From positions 1-50,314 of the forward strand of contig CAZEYK010000002.1 in NCBI GenBank assembly GCA_964516055.1: DNA of 50,314 nt, read 5' to 3'. The position numbers and the translations under genes were made by a program. The notes beneath the pieces were generated by a model. The model did not search any database, was not told the DNA's origin, and was given only the letters and a program-made list of their open reading frames with translations. This document shows positions 36,650-45,753 of this stretch, piece by piece; position 1 is the stretch's first letter; each line of letters begins with the position of its first letter. This stretch comes from an uncultured Gammaproteobacteria bacterium (lineage in GTDB: Bacteria; Patescibacteriota; Patescibacteriia; Magasanikbacterales; UBA922).

Positions 36650-36785
36650 ATCGCAACGCTCATTCAACGTACCTATAAACATACAAAAGCCCAAATAGGG
36701 CCATTTTTTGGTATATCATCACATATTAGAGATATACCCGTATTGATCATCTATTGTTACTACGTGTTTTCAATTATAAGACAAT

Positions 36786-39362
36786 ATGCAAGATAAAATT
36801 TCTATCAAAGGTGCTCGTGAACACAACCTCAAAAACATCACTGTTGAACTTCCACGAAATCAGATGATTGTGTTTACCGGACTTTCAGGCTCAGGAAAAA
36901 GTAGCCTTGCTTTTGATACCATATTTGCCGAAGGACAGAGGCGGTATGTGGAAAGTCTATCTGCTTACGCTCGGCAATTTCTTGGCAATATGCAAAAGCC
37001 AGACGTTGATGAAATAGAAGGTTTGTCTCCGGCAATTTCAATCGATCAAAAAGCACACAGTGCCAATCCACGTTCTACCGTTGCCACCATTACTGAAATT
37101 TATGATTATCTTCGTGTCCTCTTCGCTCGGGTGGGAAAACCACATTGTCCACTCTGTGGTACCAAAATAGAAAAAATGACGACAGAAGAAATGGTAGAAA
37201 AAATAGAAATAGGATTAACAAAAGACAAAAAGAAAAAAGCGAAACAAGATGAAGGACTCTTAATTCTTGCCCCCGTTGTCCGTGGAAGAAAAGGGGAGTA
37301 CTACCAAATGCTCTATGACATGTACAATTCAGGATTTCTTGAAGTACGCGTGGATGGAGTGATAAAAAGTCTTCGTAATAAAATTATCCTCTCAAAAAAC
37401 AAAAAACACAGCATAGAAATTATTATCGATAAAATTCCCGTTACCAAACTAGACAAAGCTCGGTTAGCCGAAGCCGTTGAAACAGCCGTTGATTTATCAA
37501 ATGGACTGTGTACAGTTATTTACCCGAGCATAGAAGAACAAATTCTCAGCACAGAATACTCTTGCCCCAAAGATGGATTTAGTTTTCCAGAAATTGAGCC
37601 ACGTCTGTTTAGTTTCAACAGTCCATACGGGCAATGCCAAGACTGTACCGGGCTTGGAACAAAAGAACTATTCAGCGAAGAACTTTGCCCAACTTGCGAA
37701 GGAAAACGGCTAAACAAAAATGCCCTTAGTGTAAAAATTGGTGAAAAAAATATATTCGATATCGTTTCCCTCACTATAGAAGATGCTAAAGATTTTTTTA
37801 TTTCACTCAATCAGACCTTAAGTGAACAAGAAATAGAAATTTCCAGTGCCGCACTTCGTGAAGTCAATAACCGACTACAATTTATGTTCAACGTCGGATT
37901 ACATTACCTCACGATGCATCGTCGAGCCGGAACGCTCTCTGGTGGAGAAGCACAGCGCATTCGCCTTGCCTCACAAGTGGGGCAACAACTTGTCGGTGCG
38001 CTCTATGTACTCGACGAGCCAACCATTGGTTTGCACCAACGGGATAACGATCAACTAGTGTCAACCCTCCGCAATCTTTGTGATATTGGAAACACAATTA
38101 TCGTTGTAGAACATGATGAAGATACTATTCTCGTCAGCGATTGGATTGTTGATATTGGACCGGGAGCAGGAAAGCACGGCGGAAATGTTGTCTACTCTGG
38201 ACCGCTCAGCGAATTATTAAAGAAACAACATTCCACCAAACAAGAATCCACCAAAGTGAGTGATTGTATGGTTATTGGTGAGGCAAAAAATTCATTAACA
38301 GGAAAATACCTCCGTGGCGAAGAAAAAATAGATGTTCCTACAAAAAGAAGAAAAGTAGACAAATCTTCTGCCAAAATAAAAATCAAAGGTGCCGAAGAAA
38401 ATAATCTCAAAAATATCGATGTCGAAATTCCGCTCAAACGGTTTGTTTGTCTTACTGGTGTTTCTGGATCAGGAAAATCAACACTCATGCATCGTATTCT
38501 TCATCGAACCATTGCCAACAAACTCAACCACGTCAACAAAAAAACAGGGAAACATAAATCGCTCACAGGAATAGAATATATTGATAAAATTATCAAAATA
38601 GATCAAAAACCAATTGGACGAACTCCAAGAAGTAATCCTGCTACCTATACCAAGGCGTACGACCACATTCGTGATCTTTTCGCCTCAACACCAGAAGCAA
38701 AAATTCGTGGCTATAAAAAAGGGCGGTTCAGTTTCAATAGACCTGGTGGTCGGTGTGAACATTGTGAAGGAAAAGGGACATTGAAAATAGAAATGCACTT
38801 CCTTCCTAGCGTAGAAATTATTTGTGATGTGTGTAACGGCAAACGATTTGACCACGAAACCTTACAAGTGCATTACGCCAAGAAAAACATTTCAGATGTT
38901 CTGGGCATGACGGTAGAAGAAGCCAAAGAATTTTTTCAAGATATTCCACCAATTGCTGATAAGCTCAATATGCTCAGCGATGTGGGACTTGATTATCTTA
39001 CTCTTGGGCAATCGGCAACCACATTATCCGGTGGAGAAGCACAACGCATCAAACTTTCAAAAGAACTTTCAAAACGAAACACCACCCGCACATTATATCT
39101 TCTCGACGAACCAACTACAGGGCTTCATTACGCCGATGTAAAAAAACTGATAGAAGTGTTGCAAAAGTTAGTTTCTCAAGGGAATACTATAATGATTATC
39201 GAACACAACCTTGATCTTATTAAGTGCGCCGATTGGATTATTGATCTTGGCCCAGAAGGGGGAGACAAAGGAGGAGAAGTTGTTACTTGCGGGACCCCCG
39301 AACAAGTTGCTATAGTAGGAAAAAGTCATACAGGACAATATCTAAAAAGATTACTTAAATAA
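36786..39362 (+). CDS. uvrA: excinuclease ABC subunit A (short form, insertion domain absent)
   Basis: GLSGSGKSSLAFDT, LSGGEAQRIRLA, GVSGSGKSTL, LSGGEAQRIKLS, zinc modules CQDC...CPTC and CEHCEGKG...CDVCNG. Confidence 0.97.
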   Translation: MQDKISIKGAREHNLKNITVELPRNQMIVFTGLSGSGKSSLAFDTIFAEGQRRYVESLSAYARQFLGNMQKPDVDEIEGLSPAISIDQKAHSANPRSTVATITEIYDYLRVLFARVGKPHCPLCGTKIEKMTTEEMVEKIEIGLTKDKKKKAKQDEGLLILAPVVRGRKGEYYQMLYDMYNSGFLEVRVDGVIKSLRNKIILSKNKKHSIEIIIDKIPVTKLDKARLAEAVETAVDLSNGLCTVIYPSIEEQILSTEYSCPKDGFSFPEIEPRLFSFNSPYGQCQDCTGLGTKELFSEELCPTCEGKRLNKNALSVKIGEKNIFDIVSLTIEDAKDFFISLNQTLSEQEIEISSAALREVNNRLQFMFNVGLHYLTMHRRAGTLSGGEAQRIRLASQVGQQLVGALYVLDEPTIGLHQRDNDQLVSTLRNLCDIGNTIIVVEHDEDTILVSDWIVDIGPGAGKHGGNVVYSGPLSELLKKQHSTKQESTKVSDCMVIGEAKNSLTGKYLRGEEKIDVPTKRRKVDKSSAKIKIKGAEENNLKNIDVEIPLKRFVCLTGVSGSGKSTLMHRILHRTIANKLNHVNKKTGKHKSLTGIEYIDKIIKIDQKPIGRTPRSNPATYTKAYDHIRDLFASTPEAKIRGYKKGRFSFNRPGGRCEHCEGKGTLKIEMHFLPSVEIICDVCNGKRFDHETLQVHYAKKNISDVLGMTVEEAKEFFQDIPPIADKLNMLSDVGLDYLTLGQSATTLSGGEAQRIKLSKELSKRNTTRTLYLLDEPTTGLHYADVKKLIEVLQKLVSQGNTIMIIEHNLDLIKCADWIIDLGPEGGDKGGEVVTCGTPEQVAIVGKSHTGQYLKRLLK

Positions 39363-39367
39363 TCACT

Positions 39368-40933
39368 ATGTTTAGAGAAGGACAAAGAAATCCAGGACAA
39401 GAATTTCAAATAAAACCTCCCAAAAAAGAATCTCCAGGAGAAAAATTTCAACGGGAAACGAGAGAAACATTAGAAGAAATGAAAAAAACAGCAGAAATAA
39501 AAAGAAACCTTAAAGGAAAATCTGTCCCACTAGAAAAAGTGGGTGAAGCAATTGGTGAAGATACTGGAGAATTTAATGTAGATGAAGTAATGGCGGACAC
39601 GGAGAGCTTATGGGGAGCTTCCCCAGACACAAAAGAAACAACGATAGATGCAAAAGAAGCAACAAAAGAAACGTATGCAGGTGATCCTCGAGATTCTCAA
39701 AACTACGTAGCTTCAGCAGAAGCTCCAAATACGGGTGAGTTTGATGCTGTTGATAAAAAACCAACACTAAAAGATTCTCGCTATACGCTAACCAAAGAAC
39801 TTGGAGAAGGAGGATTGGGAACCGTATATCTTTCTGAACGACGTCCATACGGAAAAGCAGATACTAATGACAATGTCACACAAGTTGCCGTAAAAGTAAT
39901 AAAAGCAAATCAATTAAAATGGATGTCTGAAGCAGCACAAGAAGATGCCAAAGCAAGATTTAAACGAGAGATGCATGCACAAGTTGAAGCATCACAGCGA
40001 TCTCCGTTTATTGTAGAAATTTTAGATGCCCCAGAAATAGAAGGAGAAAAAGATAGCATGGCGCTTGTGTTAGAATATTTCAAAGAAGGAGATATCGAAT
40101 CGTTCATGGAAAAAGGAAAAGGATTACCAGAAGAAACCGTTTGTTCAATAGCAGTACAAACAGCACTCGGATTAGCCGAGATGCACAAAAAAGGTATTCT
40201 TCATAGAGATCTGAAGCCCGCAAATATGTTTGTGGACACACTCAGTACCGTGGTAAATGAAGATGGCAAAGAATCCATTGATCCTGCATTACGAAAAGAA
40301 CATATAGCAACAGGAAACATTCATATAAAGATTGGAGATTTTGGTATTTCCACACTAACAGGTGACAAAAAACAACAAATAGAAGCTGCCAAGGATACTC
40401 AGGATGCCAAAAATACCCTGACACAAAGTGATCAAGTATTGTCCAGTAAAATTACCCAAGAAGGATCAATCGTTGGGACTGTTGCGTATCTTTCTCCAGA
40501 AGGGGCACTTGGTGAATCACAAGGAACTGATGAAGATTTATATCAATTAGGAACCGTACTGTATGAATTGTTATCAGGAAAACTTCCCTACGAGGAAGGT
40601 TCTATTATGAAAATGGTCAGTCAAAAAATGAGCAAAGAAAAACATGTGAATGATGCTATGGGGAGAAAAGAAGAAAATATGTTGCATCGTATAGTAAATA
40701 CACTCATTAACCCAGATCCAGAAAAAAGGAAAAAAATGGAATGGAACGGAGCCTCATTCGATTTATCGTCGGCCTCTGCTGTTGCAAGAACAATTACTGA
40801 ATATATCACAAACAAACAGACGCCAATGGTATCATCGATAGAAAGTTCAGCTCCTACAGAAGAAAGCCCTGTCAGCCCACGACAGTTTCCTTATCTGTAT
40901 GTTGGTGGAGTACGAGATTTTTCTGCCCAATAA
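39368..40933 (+). CDS. Hanks-type Ser/Thr protein kinase 1 (521 aa, cytoplasmic)
   Basis: LGEGGLGTVY, VAVKVIK, HRDLKPANMF, DFGIS, GTVAYLSPE. Acidic, disordered N-terminus. No TM. Confidence 0.85.
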   Translation: MFREGQRNPGQEFQIKPPKKESPGEKFQRETRETLEEMKKTAEIKRNLKGKSVPLEKVGEAIGEDTGEFNVDEVMADTESLWGASPDTKETTIDAKEATKETYAGDPRDSQNYVASAEAPNTGEFDAVDKKPTLKDSRYTLTKELGEGGLGTVYLSERRPYGKADTNDNVTQVAVKVIKANQLKWMSEAAQEDAKARFKREMHAQVEASQRSPFIVEILDAPEIEGEKDSMALVLEYFKEGDIESFMEKGKGLPEETVCSIAVQTALGLAEMHKKGILHRDLKPANMFVDTLSTVVNEDGKESIDPALRKEHIATGNIHIKIGDFGISTLTGDKKQQIEAAKDTQDAKNTLTQSDQVLSSKITQEGSIVGTVAYLSPEGALGESQGTDEDLYQLGTVLYELLSGKLPYEEGSIMKMVSQKMSKEKHVNDAMGRKEENMLHRIVNTLINPDPEKRKKMEWNGASFDLSSASAVARTITEYITNKQTPMVSSIESSAPTEESPVSPRQFPYLYVGGVRDFSAQ

Positions 40934-40954
40934 AATATAATCATATCGCAGTAT

Positions 40955-42280
40955 ATGTCAGAACAAAAAAGTCGATCAGGACAAGAATTTTCTATAAAAA
41001 AAGGAGAACCAGAACCAAAGAATATTGTTCCTATTATTGATTCAACCATAAGCGAGATTTTGCCATTAGTAAAAAAGAACACTTCAGAAAGTAGTGCAAA
41101 TCATCCCCCACAAACAACCATTGACACAGGAAAAAAATCTCAAGAAATTAAAATAGGCACAATAGAAAAAAATGGGAAATACCGGTTTGTCAAAAAACTG
41201 GGTGAAGGTGGTATGGGAGAAGTGTGGCTAGTAGACGAAATGGATAAATGCTATGAAGAACAAGGAACAACAGTTTGCGCACAATCCGTGGTAAAAGTGA
41301 TAAAACCAACCCTATTGAATTCTGAAAAACAAAAAAAAGATTTTAAAAGAGAAATGGACGCCATGGTTGATGTAGAAAATGAATTTATCGGTCGAGTTTT
41401 TGATACCTATGAAGAACATGGAGACATGCGAATAGTGATGGAATATCTTTCAGGAGGAGACGCATTTACTCTTATTGGAGAAATGCGCAATAATAAGCAA
41501 GACTATCCACCCCAAAGAAGAGAACAACTGTCTGCTGCCATTGGCTATCAAGTTGCCTTGGCATTGGAATACATGGCAACACGGCATGTATTACATCGAG
41601 ATTTGAAAGCACCTAATGTGTTAATTCAAAACGGTGTATTTGAACAGTTTCCATTGGCAAAAGTTATTGATTTTGGTTTGGTAAAGTACCTGAATGGTCC
41701 AAATGCAGAGGGAAAAAACTTGAGATCTTCTACGGAATTTCTTCCCATTTCACCAGATGACACAATAGATGATACAACACAACATGAAACAGAACCAGGT
41801 CAAATAAAAGGAACTCCGTATAGTATGCCGCCGGAGACAATTAAAGGAGAAAAAGCTACCTATCAAACAGACAGCTATGCCTTGGGGTTATTGATGTACC
41901 AATTAGCGGCCGCTAATGAAACACCCTTTGATAAAAGTGGTGCCGATTTTTTTCTATTAAAACAAAAAACAGAAAATGCATTTAAACCACTTCATGAACA
42001 ACTGGGATACGCATCTCCTACAACATTTACACAAATTGTAGAAACACTCATGGATGGTAATCTTCTTGAGCGTGAACTGTTAATAATAAATACGGAAGGG
42101 GAAAGAATACGATTATCAAAAATAACAAACGCCAAAGAATATGATGATAAAAATATTATTTTTCTCCAAAATCCAACTGAAATAAAAAAGGCAATTCGCA
42201 ATGCCATTATTGAAGAATATCCAGAACTAGCACAAGAAGATCCTTTTGCTATCACGGAATTACCTAAAAGAGAGAGATAA
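40955..42280 (+). CDS. Hanks-type Ser/Thr protein kinase 2 (441 aa)
   Basis: LGEGGMGEVW, VVKVIK, HRDLKAPNVL, DFGLVK, GTPYSMPPE. The C-terminal module is shared with kinase 3. Confidence 0.85.
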   Translation: MSEQKSRSGQEFSIKKGEPEPKNIVPIIDSTISEILPLVKKNTSESSANHPPQTTIDTGKKSQEIKIGTIEKNGKYRFVKKLGEGGMGEVWLVDEMDKCYEEQGTTVCAQSVVKVIKPTLLNSEKQKKDFKREMDAMVDVENEFIGRVFDTYEEHGDMRIVMEYLSGGDAFTLIGEMRNNKQDYPPQRREQLSAAIGYQVALALEYMATRHVLHRDLKAPNVLIQNGVFEQFPLAKVIDFGLVKYLNGPNAEGKNLRSSTEFLPISPDDTIDDTTQHETEPGQIKGTPYSMPPETIKGEKATYQTDSYALGLLMYQLAAANETPFDKSGADFFLLKQKTENAFKPLHEQLGYASPTTFTQIVETLMDGNLLERELLIINTEGERIRLSKITNAKEYDDKNIIFLQNPTEIKKAIRNAIIEEYPELAQEDPFAITELPKRER

Positions 42281-42331
42281 AAGTATACAAAAAGTTTCAA
42301 TATACCATTCTATTATTTTCTATGTAACTAT

Positions 42332-43699
42332 ATGGAAACACCATCTATTACACCAGAGGAGAGAGTTGAACAAAATAAAGTAAGTGACATAAAAATTGGA
42401 GAAAAAATTAAGGGAAAAATACCTGCTATTGAAATACGAAAAACAAAAGAGGTTGAACCTGGAACCATAGAGAATGGTAAGTATCGATTTACAAAGAAAC
42501 TGGGTGAAGGGGCCATGGGAAGTGTGTGGGAAGTTGATGATATAACGAAATGTTATGAAAAAAATGGGAAAGAAGAATGTGCAAACGCTGTAGTAAAAGT
42601 ACTAAAATCAGGGGCTACCGTTACAGAGCAAGCAAAACAACGGTTGCGACAAGAATTAGATACGATGATTAAGTCAGAATCGGAATTTGTTGCACGCGTA
42701 TATGATGTATACGAAGAAGAAGGAGAAACAAGAATCGTAATGGAAAAAATTAATGGAAAAGATGGAGGAGATCTCTTAAAGGATATGCTGAAAAATAGAG
42801 AACAATACTCTCCAGAAAGAAGAGAACAATTAGGTGCTGCCATTGCCTATCAAGTTGCTCTTGCATTAGAAGAAATGCAAAAAGTAGGAATTGTCCATAG
42901 AGATTTGAAAGTAGCAAATATTATGTTGGTAGATGGGGTGTTTGAAAATTTCCCTTTGGTAAAGGTCTTGGATTTTGGGGTTGCAAAAGAAATGCAGCCA
43001 GAAGAAAATTCGACAAAGCCTTTTGACTCACAAAATTTTCTTCCAATAACACCAAATGAAACACCACAAATGAATAATCTAACAAGAGATGGTGTTATTA
43101 TGGGCACACCATTTTATATGCCTCCAGAAATGGGAGATTCATTTTTAGATAAAAAAACAAGTCCAAGAGATAGTGAATTTGCAAAAGCAGACACCTATGC
43201 GCTCGCAATGATGTCCTATATTATCACAGCAGCAAACAATCCTTTTAGCATGAAGAATAGAAAAGATGCCTTTGTGCGTGAACAAAAAAAGAATAATGAG
43301 TTTCCACCGCTCCATGAGCAACTAGGATACGAATCACCAACAAGATATACGCAGCTCATAGAAACCTTGATGGATGGTGATCCAACAGAGCGTCAAATCA
43401 TGATAATAGATAAAGATGGAGTAAGAAAGCGGTTATCTGAAATGCAAGAAGGAGAAGGCTATGAAGATAAAACAATTATTTCACTCAAAAATCCTACGGA
43501 AATAAAAACAGCCATTCGAGATGCCATCGTAGAAGAATATCCAGAACTAGCACAAGAAGATCCTTTTTCTATTACCGCACTTCCGTCACGGGATAAACAA
43601 AGTTCTTCCCCCACTCAACAAGAAGAGTCTCCACAACCCCCTGCAACAACGCCGCCAAAATCAGGATTTTTTAATAAAATAAAAGGATTATTTAGCTAA
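42332..43699 (+). CDS. Hanks-type Ser/Thr protein kinase 3 (455 aa)
   Basis: LGEGAMGSVW, VVKVLK, HRDLKVANIM, DFGVAKE, GTPFYMPPE. The C-terminal module is shared with kinase 2, followed by a P/Q/S-rich tail. Confidence 0.85.
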   Translation: METPSITPEERVEQNKVSDIKIGEKIKGKIPAIEIRKTKEVEPGTIENGKYRFTKKLGEGAMGSVWEVDDITKCYEKNGKEECANAVVKVLKSGATVTEQAKQRLRQELDTMIKSESEFVARVYDVYEEEGETRIVMEKINGKDGGDLLKDMLKNREQYSPERREQLGAAIAYQVALALEEMQKVGIVHRDLKVANIMLVDGVFENFPLVKVLDFGVAKEMQPEENSTKPFDSQNFLPITPNETPQMNNLTRDGVIMGTPFYMPPEMGDSFLDKKTSPRDSEFAKADTYALAMMSYIITAANNPFSMKNRKDAFVREQKKNNEFPPLHEQLGYESPTRYTQLIETLMDGDPTERQIMIIDKDGVRKRLSEMQEGEGYEDKTIISLKNPTEIKTAIRDAIVEEYPELAQEDPFSITALPSRDKQSSSPTQQEESPQPPATTPPKSGFFNKIKGLFS

Positions 43700-43704
43700 A
43701 ATAG

Positions 43705-43731
43705 AAAGAGTCGGTTACGCGGCTCTTTTTT
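43705..43731 (+). terminator. intrinsic terminator after the kinase array
   Basis: 7-bp stem AGAGTCG (43707-43713) / CGGCTCT (43720-43726), followed by TTTTT. Confidence 0.7.
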
Positions 43732-43794
43732 GGTATATAACGGAACCACATTGAATCAGCAAGAATTTCATAGTAGTATAAACAAAGAATAGCT

Positions 43795-45069
43795 ATGGAA
43801 AAAAATACTATAGAAAAACTCAAGAAAAAAATACAAACATTTCCAGATGAACCAGGCATCTATCAATTTTTTGATACAAAAAAAGAACTCATCTACGTAG
43901 GCAAAGCCACTTCACTCAAAAACCGTGTGAAAAGTTATTTTATTGGCAAAAGAACCAGTCGACCAATAGAACAAATGATCCATCAAGTAGCCAGCATTAC
44001 ATACAAGCAAACAGACTCCGTGATAGAAGCCATCATCCTTGAATCAAACTACATAAAAAAATACAAACCAAAATATAACGTCATCAGCAAAGACGACAAA
44101 TCATGGAACTATCTCGTCATTACCAAAGATGAATATCCACTGGTAATTCCAATCCGTCAGCATGAACTCAAACAGAAAATTGAACAAGAGATCAAAAAAG
44201 AATTTCAATACGTGTTTGGTCCATACCCCGGTCTTGCCCAAAAACCAACCATGAAAGTACTTACCAAACTTTTCAATCTTTCGACTTGTCAAAAAAACAA
44301 GAAAGCAAAAAAACAAAAAAAACCGTGTTTATATAGACAAATGGGGCAATGTCTTGGTGTCTGCACCGGAGAAATAACCTCAGCAGTATACAAACAAAAA
44401 GTTATAAAACCGCTTGTAACCTTTCTTCGTGGCGGGAAAAAGCGTCTCCTCACCAGCATCAAAAAAAATATGCAACAAGCGGCAAAAGAAAAACAATTTG
44501 AAGAAGCCGCACGGCTTCGTGACCAACTTCACAACCTCCAAAAAATTCAAGATGTTACCCTCATAAATAAATCGTTCTTCGAAACAGAAGAAACAAATAC
44601 TCAAGAATTCATCACAAAAATAGAAGGATACGATATCTCAAATTTGGGGACCACCGGGAAAGTCGGTTCCATGGTCGTTTTTGTTCATGGTGAACCAGAC
44701 AAAACACAGTACCGAAAATTCAAAATAAAAACGGTTGAAGGACAAAGTGACGTCGACTGCCTCGATGAAGTTCTTACCAGAAGACTCAAACATAATGAAT
44801 GGAAGTATCCAGATTTATTTTTAATCGACGGCGGACTCCCACAAGTAAATCGTATTAAAAAAGTATTCAAAAAAACAGGCATTCAGATTCCCATCATTGG
44901 TATTGCCAAAGGGTCAGATCGAAAGAAAAATGAAATCATTCTTGGCACCACAGATCGAGAAATTATTAAATGGGTATACAAACATACCAAAATACTTATC
45001 CGTGTCAGAGATGAAGCTCATAGATTTGCAATCAAGTTTCAACGCGAGCAACGAAAACTAAAAGCATAA
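43795..45069 (+). CDS. uvrC: excinuclease ABC subunit C (short form, no C-terminal (HhH)2)
   Basis: GIY-YIG (PGIYQFFD...LIYVGKATSLKNRVKSYF), UVR domain (EEAARLRDQLHNLQKI), and endonuclease domain (IEGYDISN...LIDGGLPQV...RDEAHRFAI). The protein ends right after that. Confidence 0.92.
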   Translation: MEKNTIEKLKKKIQTFPDEPGIYQFFDTKKELIYVGKATSLKNRVKSYFIGKRTSRPIEQMIHQVASITYKQTDSVIEAIILESNYIKKYKPKYNVISKDDKSWNYLVITKDEYPLVIPIRQHELKQKIEQEIKKEFQYVFGPYPGLAQKPTMKVLTKLFNLSTCQKNKKAKKQKKPCLYRQMGQCLGVCTGEITSAVYKQKVIKPLVTFLRGGKKRLLTSIKKNMQQAAKEKQFEEAARLRDQLHNLQKIQDVTLINKSFFETEETNTQEFITKIEGYDISNLGTTGKVGSMVVFVHGEPDKTQYRKFKIKTVEGQSDVDCLDEVLTRRLKHNEWKYPDLFLIDGGLPQVNRIKKVFKKTGIQIPIIGIAKGSDRKKNEIILGTTDREIIKWVYKHTKILIRVRDEAHRFAIKFQREQRKLKA

Positions 45070-45194
45070 GAATCGATACGGACAATATATGAAAGGGTAG
45101 CTAGTATATTTATCCGGAACCGCTGTCAGACGCAGTTTTTTGTTACGTGCGCTAGGGTACCTAAAAATTTTTTATCCACATCCTCACATCAAAA

Positions 45195-45259
45195 GTGGGC
45201 TTTTTTATTGAAAAGGGAATAGAAGTGGTGTAAAATGGAGACAAGTGGGGAGAAGTGGG
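45195..45259 (+). promoter_or_regulatory. MraZ-box array (four GTGG(G/T) direct repeats in 10-bp phase)
   Basis: AAGTGGG / AAGTGGT / AAGTGGG / AAGTGGG with the GTGG starting at 45195, 45225, 45245 and 45255, immediately upstream of mraZ. Confidence 0.6.
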
Positions 45260-45296
45260 GAAAATGCTTGTCTTCCTATCACTCACTTACAGTACT

Positions 45297-45728
45297 ATGT
45301 TCATCGGAGAGTACAATCACAATCTAGATGCCAAAGGGCGGCTCGCCGTACCAAAAAAGTTTCGTACTGCCCTCAAAAAAGGGGCAGTCGTTACTCGTGG
45401 TCTAGACAACTGTTTGTTCCTCTACACGCATGAAGAATGGAAAAAACTTGCAGAAAAACTTGCCAGCCTTCCATTTGCGCAAGCAAACACACGAGCCTTC
45501 GCTCGCCTTATGCTTGCCGGTGCTATGGACGTAGAACTCGATAAACAAGGAAGAATCATTCTTCCAGAATACCTTCGCACCTTTGCCTGTCTCAAAAAAG
45601 AGACAGTTCTAGCCGGTCTATACAACCGCCTTGAACTGTGGGACAAAACTAAATGGGAAACATACAAAAAGAAAACAGAAAAAGAAAGTAACAACATAGC
45701 CGAACAAATGGCTGATCTAGGGGTATAA
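45297..45728 (+). CDS. mraZ: transcriptional regulator MraZ
   Basis: MFIGEYNHNLDAKGRLAVPKKFR and a second SpoVT/AbrB-like repeat, LDKQGRIILPEYLR. Confidence 0.93.
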   Translation: MFIGEYNHNLDAKGRLAVPKKFRTALKKGAVVTRGLDNCLFLYTHEEWKKLAEKLASLPFAQANTRAFARLMLAGAMDVELDKQGRIILPEYLRTFACLKKETVLAGLYNRLELWDKTKWETYKKKTEKESNNIAEQMADLGV

Positions 45729-45753
45729 TTTATGAATGTTCATCTGAAAATTT

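Noticed and set aside
36556-36663. 36-codon upstream extension of the lipoprotein ORF
   Set aside because: The internal Met gives a textbook signal peptide plus lipobox (LSGC). The extension would bury that signal peptide.
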